Shown here in pieces: positions 37,536 through 50,740 of a stretch of 64,000 nucleotides of DNA. Both the position numbers and the translations under genes were made by a program. The notes beneath the pieces are model-generated. The model ran no database searches, was not told the origin of the DNA, and saw only the letters and a list, made by a program, of their open reading frames with translations. The DNA comes from Malacoraja senta (Eukaryota), in NCBI GenBank assembly GCA_038087875.1, contig CM075988.1, positions 20,710,001-20,774,000 on the forward strand, given 5' to 3'. The stretch's first letter is position 1; the number at the start of each line of letters is the position of its first letter.

Positions 37536-39274
37536 ACGACAGGACAAGTTGGGACCCTTCTTCTGACTGAGCTATGATGGACTCATCCATTTCCCAAGAG
37601 AAATACACTCTCTAGGATTCTAACAGATGATCCTTGGAAACAATCTATCTTTATAGATCATTTTGTGATTGACTTCAGGTAATTATTTTCAAGTCTGCAG
37701 AAACACAGCGTAAACAGATTTGTTTGTGTGCTAAGCAATCAAATCAGATGATACTATACACGAAGGAATACAAGCAAGCCAAACACAAGTAAAATAGCTG
37801 GAGCAAAGAGTGCAGAATCTAGTTTCCCAGCATTGTAGCATGAGAAAATGTCCAATGTCCAATGTCCGCAATTAGAAAGCCGGGACTGTACCCTATTTTC
37901 CAACCTACCTGGTTGTGGATATTGGACTGGATCACTTTGTCCTGCCTCTATTCTCTTCCAGCATTCTTTGCCCCTCTCTCCCCACAATCAGTCTGAAGAA
38001 GGGTCCCAACCGGAAACACCACCTATCCATGGATAGACACAAAAAGCTGGAGTAACTAAACGGTTCAGACAGCATCTCTGGAGAAAAGGAATAGGTGACG
38101 TTTGGGGTCAAGACCCTTCTTCAGACTGAGAGTCAGGGGGCTGACAATATTGACAAATATCATATGTCAACCCAATCATTCTCGGGATCATTCTCATAAA
38201 CCTCCTCTAGACCCTCCTTAATGCCAGCACATCCCTCCTCAGATATGGGGACCAAAACTGCTCACTATACTCCAAATGTGGTCTGAGCAGTGCCTTATAA
38301 AGCCTCAGCATTACATCCCTGCTTTCATATTCTAGTCATCTGGCATTGAATTTCCATTTCTCACTACTGATTCAACATGCAAATTAACCTTTTGGGAACC
38401 CTGTACCAGACTTCCCAAGTCCCTTTGCACCTCCGATTTCTGAATCTCTGAGAATATTGATCTTTATAACAATAGTTACCTCTTTAACCACCAATTCCGG
38501 TCCCAATTCACCATCTGTCTCTACTGAAGGTGCTATCAGATTTAATCACGACTATTTTTTGTCGGGATTATGTCTCACAATTTGGGAGAAAATGGTTTTC
38601 TCCATATGTTTAGTCTTGCAATTGCACCGATTCGCATTTTTAGTCTTGTTAGTTACCTGAGTAATGTACACTGGCAGTTTGTTTCCATTGGAGGTGCCCT
38701 TAAAATGAGCATGCATGTAAATTGCAGTCTGAGGTATCACCAACGCATTGTGTGGAAACTGATATCCAATGGTATGGAATATAATAATATAATGTGCATA
38801 TAAATAACATACTGAACAAATCAACACTTAATCCCCATCCTCGGCTGTCTGCAGAATAATCTTTCTGATCATTTTCTTGAGTGGGTTTGATTGATGTGTT
38901 TTTTAATCAATATTTTTATCTCGAGCTGTCCCATTGTGTGAATGTCAAACATGATGAAATGGACGTTTCAGCATTTAATACTTGACTGATTGCCATTGTG
39001 TGTTTTGAAGATCGCATTACACTACCATTACTTTTAATGAGAGAGATTTATTCTGAAGGATCTCAGGTAAAGGAATACTCAAAGGAACAAAGACTCCCTC
39101 TGAGATCTTTGAACGTTCAAAATCAAAGATGTTTTGAGGTGGGACGTTGAACGATATTTTGACCAGATCGATAAAATAAAATCTGAAAAATATTGCTGAG
39201 TATTGAGGAGCCAATCCAGACAAAACCTAAAGCAGGACACAGTTGAGAATGAGGGAAAATTGTTGGAGACACCA

Positions 39275-39568
39275 TAGCACGGTGGTGCAGTGGTAGAGTT
39301 GCTGCCTTACAGCACCAGAGACCCAGGTTCAATCCTGACTACAGATGCTGTCTGTATGGAGTTTGTACGTTCTCCATGTGACCTGCGTGGCTTTTCTCTG
39401 GGTGCCCCAGTTTCCTCTCACACTCCAAAGGCATGCAGGTTTGTAGTTTAGTTGGCTGGTGTGTCCCTGGTGTGTGTAGGATAGTGTGCAGGGATCGCTG
39501 GTCGGTGCACACTCGGTTGGCCGAAGGGCTTGTTTCTTCGCTGTATTTCTAAACTATAAACTAAACTA
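39275..39568 (+). mobile_element. HE1-like V-SINE
   Basis: Full consensus. Confidence 0.85.
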
Positions 39569-41064
39569 TTAAAGTGTTCCAACCCCAAACGTCACCTATC
39601 CATGTTCTTCAGAGATGCTGCCTGACCCACTGAGTTACTCCAGCACTTTTTGCCCTTTTGAGGGAAAATTGCGAATTTATGAATCCTTCTGGTCAGTTAT
39701 TATGTACTCAGAAGCAGAGAGCAGGTTTGCTGATTTCAGTACTTTAATATTATCTGAATATTAGTGAGTTTCAGTTATATGAAATCATCTGCTTTAATCC
39801 TATTCTTGACAATCATCCCAAAAGGAAAATAGATCATTCAATCGTTAATCAATTATACATCGTTGTATACAATGTTGACCAAATCCAGTATTGTTGGCAT
39901 TTCCTCAGGAAAGGAACTTTGATCAGACAATGATCAAAGACATTGTGGATAGGCTTAATGACATGATTCGTCGAGTTATAGAGTCACACAGCATGGAAAA
40001 CAGTCCCTTCGGCCTCACTCTACCATGCTGTCCAAGGAAAGTTTACCATGGCCATTTGATTGAGAGTTTAACAGCTCTGAGTTATGCCCATGCTACCAGA
40101 GCTCTTGCAAGGATTTTCATCCAAACTCAAGTCTGTTACAATAAAAGGCAAAATCCTCTTGAGAACATTTTAAGATTGCATAAAATGCAACATCTTTAAC
40201 CTGACTGCATGAGCTCAGGACGACGGAGAAAGAAAAGTGGTGCTGCAGACAGGAGGAGCCCTGTGCACACATGCACACACCCCACCTCCACCAACAACTA
40301 GAGAGCAGTCCTGAGCTACTATCCACCCCATTGGAGACCCTGGGACTATCTTTAATCAGACTTACTGGACTTTATCTTGCACTAAACATTATTCATGTTA
40401 TTCCCTTTATCATGTATCTGTACATTGTGGATGGCTTGATTGTAATCATGTATTGTCTTTCCACTGAATGGTTAGCACAGAACAAAAGCTATTCAGTACA
40501 TGTGACAATAAGCTAAACTCAACAAGGCAGAATCAATTGGATGACCCTCTGTTCTCAAGCATTTACCAAACGCATGAGAGACCTCCGTTTATTTTTATAC
40601 ATGGAGTATGTTCATTTTCTGCTTCACCTCCCTAATTAAACAAGATGTACAATGCCTGCACGGCACATCACCTCAAGGGTGATGTTGAGATTGTGGAACC
40701 AGAGTAGGTCTTGGTTTCCAAACCATCTATCTGGTTCTTCACACATGGCTCATTATTCTTCACAGGAACTGAACCAGTTCCGTGAATTCTGCCAAGTTCT
40801 TATGCTGTGTATACAAGGTGTCAGTTTATTTTCATTGCCAAGGTTTGGGCCTGTCTCAAGAGCCAAGAGAGTCCAGAGTGTTCGATTGTCATATGTACTG
40901 ACAATAGAACAATGAAATTCTTACATGCTGAACCTTTACAGGCCCCTTAACGCAATACACAGAGTTAAATATATAACAATCAGTTAGACAGTAAATTAAT
41001 AACCTTAATACTAGGTAACCATAATAATACAAGAACCAAAGTCTGTGGTACAATTACCATAGAA

Positions 41065-42290
41065 GATAGGAAAGTGTCAGGACCTCATGGTGTACCTGTT
41101 CATATTCTCAAAACCTGTGTGGACCAACTGGCTGGAATTTTTGCAGACATCTTTAACCTTTCTTTACCTTACCAGTGTCCAAGAAGAGTAAGGTGACGTG
41201 CCTCAATTAATACTGACCAGAGGCACTAACGCCTGTGGTGAAGAAGTGCTTTGAGAGGCTGGTTTGTGGACAAATATCAACACTTACCTCAGCAAGAACC
41301 TGGACGCACTATAATTTGCCAAACACCACAATAAATCAACGGGGGATTTAATCTTGCTGGATCTCCACTCTGCACTATACTACTTGGACAATATGATATT
41401 GAACTGAAACAATTGATATCAGGCGGTTCATAGCCTACAGCTTGCCGTTCAACACCATCATCCTCTCCATACATGTTACCACGTTCATTGAACTGGGTCT
41501 CTGAACATCCCATTGTAACTGGATCCTCTTCTCACTCAACAACAGACCACAATAAGTTCAAATTGTCAACAACGTTTCCTCCTCTGGTGTGGGCAAATGG
41601 GCTGAAGGGCATGATTCCACACTGCATCACTCTATGACTCTCTTTCTATGACTCCTTGATTATCAACAGCACAAGGGCACCTTGAAGCTGTGTGCTCAGC
41701 CCCTGGCTCTACTCACTCTATACCCATGACTCTATACGATTCGAACACAATTCTAAGTCCATCTTTAAATTCGCCAACAACGCCACCGTTGTTAGACGAA
41801 TTATGGGTGATGATGAGTCAGAGTGTAGGAGGAAGATTGATCATCTGATTGAATGGTGCCAGAACAACAACCTTGCTCTCAACATCAGTAAGACCAAGGA
41901 CTGATTGTTGACTTCAGAAGATGAAGGCCAAGGATCCATGAACTTGTCTTCATCAATGAGTCGGTGGTGGAGAGGATCAACAACATCAGCTTCCTGGGCG
42001 TGCATATCGCTGAAGATCTGTACTGGACACAGGACATTGCTGCAATCTTAAAGAAAGCCTCTCTCCTTCCTTAGAAAATTGAGGAGGTTTGGTATGTCGA
42101 CAAATACTTTCGAACTTCTACAGGTAACCTGTATATGGCAGAGGCATATTGCTGATTGCACAGTGGCCTGGTTTGGTAACTCGAATGCCCTGGAATGAAG
42201 GAGATTACAATGTGAAGAATACTGCCCGATCCATCATGGGTAGTGACCTCCACACCATCAGAGGGATCTACAAGAGGTAGCCCAGGTCAA
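41065..42290 (+). mobile_element. Decayed Rex1/Babar-like LINE RT region
   Basis: Broken frames giving DQLAGIFADIFNLSL, KCFERLV, LSPWLYSLYTHD, FKFANNATVV (decayed FADD) and EWCQNNNLALNISKTK. Confidence 0.8.
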
Positions 42291-44498
42291 GGACTGGCCG
42301 CAGATGGGCGGTCGGCAGCCGAAAACAAAAGAGAGCCAGTGGGGGGGGGGGGTCCACCGAGAATGAAGAGGGACCCCGCAGGGTAGGGGGGAAGGGGGGC
42401 ACCGAGAATGAATGACCCGGTAGGGGGGGAGGGGGGGGGGGGGTTGCCCAAACAAAGAGGGACCCAGCAGGGGCGGAGCCGCCGAGAACAAAGATGAACC
42501 ATCGGGACTATAATGAGAACCTCGATAATTTTGTCGACACCAGATACGTGGCGTCTCTCTTGAGTACTTTGTGTATTGTATGCAAAAACAAAGAATTTCA
42601 CTGTACGTGGGTACATGTGGCAATAAAGTATCATTGAACCATTGAAACTAGTAAGGGAGCCTCTTGTGGGAAGGCTGATGTTAATAGGAGAGCACTTACA
42701 ACAAAGAGTTTGGACTCACACGGAGACGATAATTGGCATTACTGGTAAGCGTACTGATAATCCTCTTTGAAACTGAATAACCTCATTAAAATTCTATAAA
42801 ACATGGGTTTGCTCTCAACCAGCACTGCTCCCGAATTCTTAACTCCGCACGTCAGCAAGGGTGACGTCAGAGAGGCTCGGAAAAGATTTATTGGAATGGA
42901 TCCATGGATCAAGGAGCACAGTGAGGTGGAAAGACTGGAGAAAACAGGGCTTTTCTTCCCAGAGGGGTGAAGAACCGATGGCTCTTTGACTCCGACTCTA
43001 TAATGCTTCCATTATTGGACGAGTTATGCACGGATTTAAGGTGATTGATAAAAGAAACAAAGCTGATGAGGGGAAAATTCTTCCCACATGTTTATAACCT
43101 GCTATTCATTAGCTGAAACAGATTTGTCAGCAACTTTTAGGTATTAGTTTATTATTCTCACATGTATAGAGGCACAGTGACAAACTTTATTTGTGGGCTA
43201 TCCAGTCAAATCATGTCATATACAACTACAATCAACCCATGTACAAGTACAACAGGTAGTGCAAAGAGGAAAAATACTAGCCTGCAAAATATAGTGTTAC
43301 AGTATTACCACATTACAGGTATAGAGAAAGTGCAAGTTTTAAAAAAGTGCAAGGTAGGTTGGGAGATTGGGATTGCACCCTAGTTTATGAGAATCTTGGC
43401 TTTTAAAGACGGATTGGATGAATCCATAACGAAAAGAAACTTTGCAGAGATATGGGAAAGGACCAGGGAATAGGGATAGCTCTCTCAATATTCTGAGTAG
43501 CCTATTATGCTGTGGCATTGGTTTGATACTATGCTTGTAAGGTTTTGCCCCAATAGTGACCATCCAACATCAGGAGACATCACTACCATTAGTCTGAAGA
43601 TGGACCTTGTCCCAGAACTTCACCTGTCCATTCCCTTCACAAATGCTGTCTGGCCTGTTGATCTTCAGGGTGGCACAGTGGCACAATGGTGGAGTTGCTG
43701 CCTTACAGCTTAGTAGACCCCATAGATCCTAGCCAAGGATACAGAGTATGCAAGCTCTCTCAGTGACCGTGCGGGCTTTCTCCGGGTGCTCCGGTTTCCT
43801 CCCACACTCCGAAGATGAAAATTCTTAAAAATAAGACCTGTTCAACAAAAAAAAACAAGACGTTAGTGCAAAAGTTAATTAGAAAAATAAACACGTCCAT
43901 AGTTGTGCAAGATTTGTGCTGTGGTGTTCCATTGTTGAGGTCAGATTAGGGTAGGGGAAGAAGGTTTTGACTAACTAACCTATCTATGCCTCTCATAAGT
44001 TTATATACTTCAATTAAGTCTCCCCTCAGCAACGGATACTGCAGAGAAAACAATCAAAGTTTGTCCAACCAAATACCTAATTTAGGCAGCATTCTGATAA
44101 ACCTCTTCTGCACCCTCTCCAAAACCTCCACATCCTTCCTGCTATGGGGTGACCAGAAATGCACACCATACTCCAAATGCAGCCTAACCCAAGTGCTACA
44201 AAGCTGCAACATGACTTCCTGATTCTTATACTCAATGCCCTGAATGATAGTCAGAATACCATATGCTTCTTACACGTCATTGACACTAACTCTGATCTGT
44301 GTTACCCAGTTTAATTTAGTTTCATTTAGTTTATTGTCACATATACTGAGGTACAGTGAAAAGCTTTTTTGTTGTGTGTTATCCGGTCAGCAGATAGACT
44401 ATACATGATTATAATCAAGCCGTCCACAGTGTACGGATACTGGATGAAGGGAATAACGTTGAGTGCAAGATAAATCCAGTAAAGTCCAATTAAAGATA

Positions 44499-45866
44499 CA
44501 TAGATACATAGATACATAGAAAATAGGTGCAGGAGTAGGCCATTCGGCCCTTCGAGCCTGCACCGCCATTCAATATGATCATGGCTGATCATCCAACTCA
44601 GTATCCCGTACCTGCCTTCTCTCCATACCCCCTGATCCCTTTAGCCACAAGGGCCACATCTAACTCCCTCTTAAATATAGCCAATGAACTGGCCTCAACT
44701 ACCCTCTGTGGCAGAGAGTTCCAGAGATTCACCACTCTCTGTGTGAAAATGTTTTTCCTCATCTCGGTCTTAAAGGATTTCCCCCTTATCCTTAAGCTGT
44801 GACCCCTTGTCCTGGACTTCCCCAACATCGGGAACAATCTTCCTGCATCTAGCCTGTCCAACCCCATAAGAATTTTGTACGTTTCCATAAGATCCCCTCT
44901 CAATCTCCTAAATTCTAGCGAGTATAAGCCAAGTCTATCCAGTCTTTCTTCATATGAAAGTCCTGACATCCCAGGAATCACTCTGGTGAACCTTCTCTGC
45001 ACTCCCTCTATGGCTATAATGTCCTTCCTCAGATTTGGAGACCAAAACTGTATGCAATACTCCAGGTGTGGTCTCACCAAGACCCTGTAAAACTGCAGTA
45101 GAACCTCCCTGCTCCTATACTCAAATCCTTTTGCTATGAAAGCTAACATACCATTCGCTTTCTTCACTGCCTGCTGCACCTGCATGCCTACTTTCAATGA
45201 CTGGTGTACCATGACACCCAGGTCTTGCTGCATCTCCCCATTTCCTAATCGGCCACCATTTAGATAATAGTCTGCTTTCCTGTTTTTGCCACCAAAGTGG
45301 ATAACCTCACATTTATCCACATTATACTGCATCTGCCAAACATTTGCCCACTCACCCAGCCTATCCAAGTCACCTTGCAGTCTCCTAGCATCCTCCTCAC
45401 AGCTAACACTGCCCCCCAGCTTAGTGTCATCCGCAAACTTGGAGATGTTGCCTTCAATTCCCTCATCCAGGTCATTAATATAAATTGTAAATAGCTGGGG
45501 TCCCAGCACTGAGCCTTGCAGTACCCCACTAGTCACTGATTGCCATTGTGAAAAGGACCCGTTTACTCCTACTCTTTGCTTCCTGTTTGCCAGCCAGATC
45601 TCTATCTACATCAATACTGAATCCCCAATACCATGTGCTTTAAGTTTGTATACTAATCTCTTATGTGGTACCTTGTCGAAAGCCTTCTGAAAGTCCAGAT
45701 ACAACACATCCACTGGTTCTCCCCTATCCACTCTACTAGTTACATCCTCGAAAAATTCTATAAGATTCATCAGACACGATTTACCTTTCGTAAATCCATG
45801 CTGACTTTGTCCAATGATTTCACCACTTTCCAAATGTCCTGCTATCCCATCTTTAATAACTGACTG
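44499..45866 (-). mobile_element. CR1-clade (HER1-like) LINE, 5'-truncated, RT C-terminal half plus 3' tail
   Basis: YLDFQKAFDKVPH, QGSVLGP, KFADDTKL, RPHLEYC; one TGG>TAG stop near 45606; (CTATGTAT)n tail. Confidence 0.95.
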
Positions 45867-46974
45867 ATGCGGTTGTCAGGCAACTGAACCATCCTATCAC
45901 CAACTAGAGAGAGTAGTCCTGACCACCTATCAAGTTCAATGGACACCCTCAGACTAAAGATAGACCGAGTATCTCCATTGAGGTTGATGGGAGGTCAGGA
46001 CCACTCTCTCTAGTTGCTGAGAGGATGGTTCAATTGCCTGACAACAGCATTGCTCAAGCCTATCTAACCAAGTAGCCGGGAGCATGACTGATGTTGGCCA
46101 TGACACAAACCCATTGTCTCCAAGCTCATGCCTCGCTTCAGTCTGACCCTTGGGCTTATGTCGGAGGATGGGAGAAACTCCTGATCATCACCATTGCTTC
46201 TCCACATCTTCATCCACTTGTCCCTCCTAAGCCTTAAATCTGATATTCCACTGGAACCAACTCATGTTACCTTCCATGAAACAAATCAGCAAGCTCATTC
46301 CATTCACAAATAAAAGGCACGCAGCTTTTTCACCTTCTGGAGTAAAGATGGAACCAGCATAACCTCTCCGTGAAGCCATTCTCTCCACAGCCTGCATGAA
46401 TGTGTAATCTATGGTCAGGCTCCTGGGGGAGACTGTCTTCTAAAAATTAAATATATCTCCAATAAAAATACTTCGAAGTGGTTTTCAGAAGTCTGCTGTA
46501 CTGTTGAGGTAATAGTGATTAAAAGGAAGTGGAAAAACGACTGCACAGAGTTTTAGGCATAATTTAAACCATACATCTAAAACATGACATCCAATCAAAG
46601 CCTCAGAAGTTTCCTTTGGGCTCTTCAATGATGATCTCCCTGGCACCCAGCCTGTGTGTCTGGATGAAATCACATCATTAACTAACATTAACCAGTTTGG
46701 TCCATTTCCCTGACAGAGGAATCCAAGAATGCTGTTCTAGAGAGTATCACTTAAATGTTCCACGTTGATTGAAGATGACAAAATCCTCGCAGTTGGTGGC
46801 CGCAATACTTTTTCCACGGTTTGGTCTGAGCCACTGATTCTAACAATAACGTTTATTAGTCCAAAGTTTCCCATTCGGGCATGAAACACCAGTCTAAACA
46901 CATCGCCTACTGTTGGACGATCCAACAATGAGATCCAAACTCACCATTGAAAAACAAATCAAAACATTTTAGTC

Positions 46975-48043
46975 TGGTTTAGTTTAGTTTAGAGATACAG
47001 CGTGGAAACAGGCCCTTGGGGCCCACCGACTCCGTGCCGACCAGCGATTACCCCATTCAGTAGCACCATCCTACACACACTAGGAACAATTTACAATCTT
47101 TACTGAGGCCAATTAACCTACAAATTTGCACGTCTTTGGAGTGTGGGAGGAAACCGGAGCACCCGGGGAAAACTCCCCTTCACAGGGAGATTGCAACCTT
47201 CACGTGGTCCGCCATGTTTCGACGAATGCAATCAACCTGGCGTGCACAATCAAATAAGATCAAATAGAACAAGTTGTCCTACAACTTTAGGCTGGGCACG
47301 CCATACGCAAGAAGAAGAAGAAGAACAACAAGAACAAGAAGACAGGGAGAACGCAAAAACTCCGTACAGACAGCACCGCATTCAGGATCGAACCTGAGTC
47401 TCTGCCACTGTAAGGCAGCAACTCTAACACTGTCCAACGGTGCCACACCGTACCTTTTGCTCAGACACAGCATGGAAACAGGCCCTATGGCCCGCCATGT
47501 CAACACTGACCATCAATCTCCCATTCACATTTGTTCTATGTTGTCCCACTTTCTCATCCACTCCCTTCGCACGATGAGCAATTTTACAGAGGGGCAATTA
47601 ATCTACAAACCCACAAGTCTTTGTGATGTGGTAGGAAACTGGAGCACCAAAGGAAACTCAAGTGGTCACAGGGAGAACGTGCAAACTCCATGCAGACAGT
47701 ATCTGAATTCAGGCTCTAACATGGGTCTCTGGCGTTGGGAAGCAACAACTCGACCAGATGCCCCCCCGTGCTGTAATAACAACATAGTAAGAACAGACAA
47801 TGCAACAAATATGCTTCACCATTTTTTCTGTGACCGAGTGGGTTTCCTCTGGGTGCTCCGGTTTCCTCCCACATCCTAAAGATGTGCCGGTTGGAAGGGT
47901 GATTGGCCTCTGTAAATTGTCCTGAGTGTGTAGGGAGAGGATGAGGAAAACTAAACCAAACTATAGCAGGGTAACATAGAACTAGTGTGAACAGGTGGGC
48001 CGAAGGGCCTGTTTTCATGTTATATCTTCAAACTAAACTAAAC
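46975..48043. mobile_element. Cluster of three V-SINEs (two antisense, one partial sense)
   Basis: ~46975-47452 (-), ~47462-47772 (-), ~47822-48043 (+). Confidence 0.8.
47191..47341 (+). mobile_element. 151-bp retroposon fragment with (GAA)n tail nested in a SINE
   Basis: 9-bp perfect TSD ACAGGGAGA at 47182-47190 and 47342-47350; ends gccatacgcaagaagaagaag. Confidence 0.8.
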
Positions 48044-48892
48044 ATTTACAGATGTCTTCAGAACTTCCTGGGAATATTACTCATACCAAATTTCTTTTTG
48101 AAATCACTAATCCCTCAAGGAACACAGATTTTTAACAGGTTCGGTATTAGGCAGCAAAATTTAAAAAAAAATTGGAGGTTCATTGTGGATTTTGCTCAAA
48201 TTATAAAATGTTTCTGAACATCGAGTGCTGCAACAGATTCCGATGGTGGCATATTCAGCCGGAGAGTCGTCAGAATGGTGCGTATGTCTGTTTTAGATGA
48301 AACAAGGTCACTTGGTGTGATTAGAGCATTCTGTGCACATCATTAGTACAGCAATAGTGAGCCTATTACTGCTACCCACTTGCGAATTGGATTACGTGCA
48401 AAATTCATCAGAAATGTTCCAAGTCTGGAAGCACTGAGGGAACAGCTGATAGATGGAGGAGCCCACCCCCTCCTCCCCTCCTCTGCAAATCCTGGAAATC
48501 TGAAGTAAAAACAGTAAGTGCCAGAAGTTCTCAACAGATCTGCGTAAAGAGAAACAGCGCTGACATTTGAAGCCCATGAAACATCGGTCTTCACATTACC
48601 ACAGTCATCCCCTTTGCCCGCCCCACCCTTCCCCTGCTCCCCCCTCCCACCCACAAAGGAAAACATAATCTTCACGGGCCAAAAAAACATAGGCCTAATG
48701 CTGACAAGTAGGACGAGCTTAGACCGGGCATCTTGGTTGGCATGGACGAGTTGGGCCGAAGAGCCTGTTTAGTTTAGTTTAGTTCACTCTAGTTTAGTTT
48801 AGAGATACAGCGCGGAAACAGGCACTTCGGTCCACCAAGTCTGTGTCAACCAGTGATCCCCATACACTAGCACCATCCTACACACTAGGGAC

Positions 48893-49252
48893 ATAGTCAT
48901 AGATTGTTGCAGCGTGGAACCAGGCCCTTCGGCCCAACTTGCCCACACCGCCCAACATGCCCCATCAACATTAGTCCCACCTGCCTGCGTCTGGCCCCAG
49001 TCCCTCTAACCCTGCGCTATCCATGTACCTGTCTAAATGTTTCTTAAATGTAGTGAGAGTACCTGCCTCAACTACCTCCTCCGGCAGCTCGTTCCTTACA
49101 CCCACCTCCCTTTGTGTACAAAAATTGCCCCTCGGGTCCTGATTGAATTGTTCCCGCCTCACCTTAAACCTATGTCCTCTGGTTCTGGATTCCCCTACTC
49201 CAGGCAAGAGACTCTGCACGTTTACCTCATCTATTCCTCTCATGATTTTATA
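48893..49252 (-). mobile_element. CR1 3' fragment
   Basis: ESRTRGHRFKVR...NELPEEVVEAGTLTTFKKHLDRYM peptide. Confidence 0.85.
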
Positions 49253-50244
49253 AAGTACAGTTTGTCAGAGATGGAACGGCTCTTTGCAGAAACCCCGGAT
49301 ACAACTGCACCAGCTGCAATTCATGACCCCTGAGAGTAAAATGAGGATTTTTAGATGACTATAAAATGTAGAAATGATAGTGTTAAATATCTGCACATTC
49401 GTAAACCCTGAAATGCATACACAATAAATCCTACCACAACAAAACTCCCACATGTTGTCCTATAGTCTACACTGGGAGTCAAAAAGCTAGATTAGCAGTC
49501 TTCTGGGCTTTACAGCTTTATAATCCATAAATATGTTTGCAAGCATTGGGAATTGCCAGATGGTCATTTAATGGACATTGTGTCAGGACTGAGGATTCAG
49601 CTTCACATTACTTTACCAAGTTAGTTTTGAGTGGCTCCTGAGGTTAACAACAGAGTGTTCTGTTGTGTGATCTAAACCAAGCTCTGTCAAAATACAGCCT
49701 CAAACATCTCAACCCGCCAGTAACAAGAGGCACACCAATTCACCAGATGTGCTGCTGCTGCCTCCTAGCACCAGAGACCCGGGTCTGATCCTGACCTCCG
49801 GTGCTGTGAGTATGCACCTTCTCCCTGTGCCTGCCATGGGTTTCCTTTGGGTCCTCCCACCCACATCCCGAAGAAATGTAGGCAAGTTAAGAGTCACAAG
49901 GAACTGTAGGTGCCAGAAACCTGTGCAAAAAGGCAAAGTGCTGGAGGAACTCAGCGGGTCAGGGAGCATCTGGGGAGGGAATGGACAGGCGACGTCTTGG
50001 GTCGGGACTCTTCTTCAGACTGATTCTAGTGGGGGGAGAAAGCTGGAAGTGACAGGCTGGAGTGGGGGCAAAGTCTGGCAAGTGATAGGTGGATACAGGT
50101 GAGGAGGGTTTGATAGATGAGATGGGTGGGCAGATGGATTAGTTGGCTGTAGTGAATTAACCGTGGCGTTGGTGGATGGCAGGAGAATCAGAAGGGTATT
50201 GTGAGGGTCATGTGAGGGTGAAAAAAGTTGGGGGAATGCAATTT

Positions 50245-50603
50245 ATTTTTAGTTTAGTTTACAGCATGGAAACTGGCCCTTCGGCCCACCGAGTCCACAC
50301 CGACCATTGATCACCAGTACACTGGCTCTATGTTCACTATACACACTAGGGACAATTTATTGTACCATGTATCCATCCCTATGTCATTCCACTTTTGCAT
50401 CCTACACACCAGGGGCAATTTACAGAAGCCAATTGTACTGCAAGCCTGCAGGTCTTTGGAATGTGGGAGGAACACCAGAGGACCCGGGGGAAACCCACAC
50501 AGATCACAGGGAGAACGTACAACCTCTGCACAGATAGCACCCGGAGTCAGGATCGATCTTGGGTCTCTAGTGCTGTGAAGCAGCAGTTGTACCACTGTGC
50601 CAC
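50245..50603 (-). mobile_element. HE1-like V-SINE
   Basis: Antisense consensus. Confidence 0.8.
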
Positions 50604-50740
50604 CTGATCCTGTGCCAGCATTGAAGGGAATGCTCTGAGAGCTGGCATATCCCAATGTGCTGAACAGCCTCTTTCTATATCATCAGAAAGTGTTAACCTT
50701 TCACATGATGCAGTATATCAGTTCTTATTTCATCTGATCT

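Noticed and set aside
36599..37608. Multiple 70-183 aa ORFs on both strands
   Set aside because: Stop-poor GC-rich tandem repeats; no domain or splice support.
46080..46960. Unique-looking stretch as a candidate missing ADAMTS exon
   Set aside because: No ADAMTS-like peptide seen in the ORF track or by inspection.
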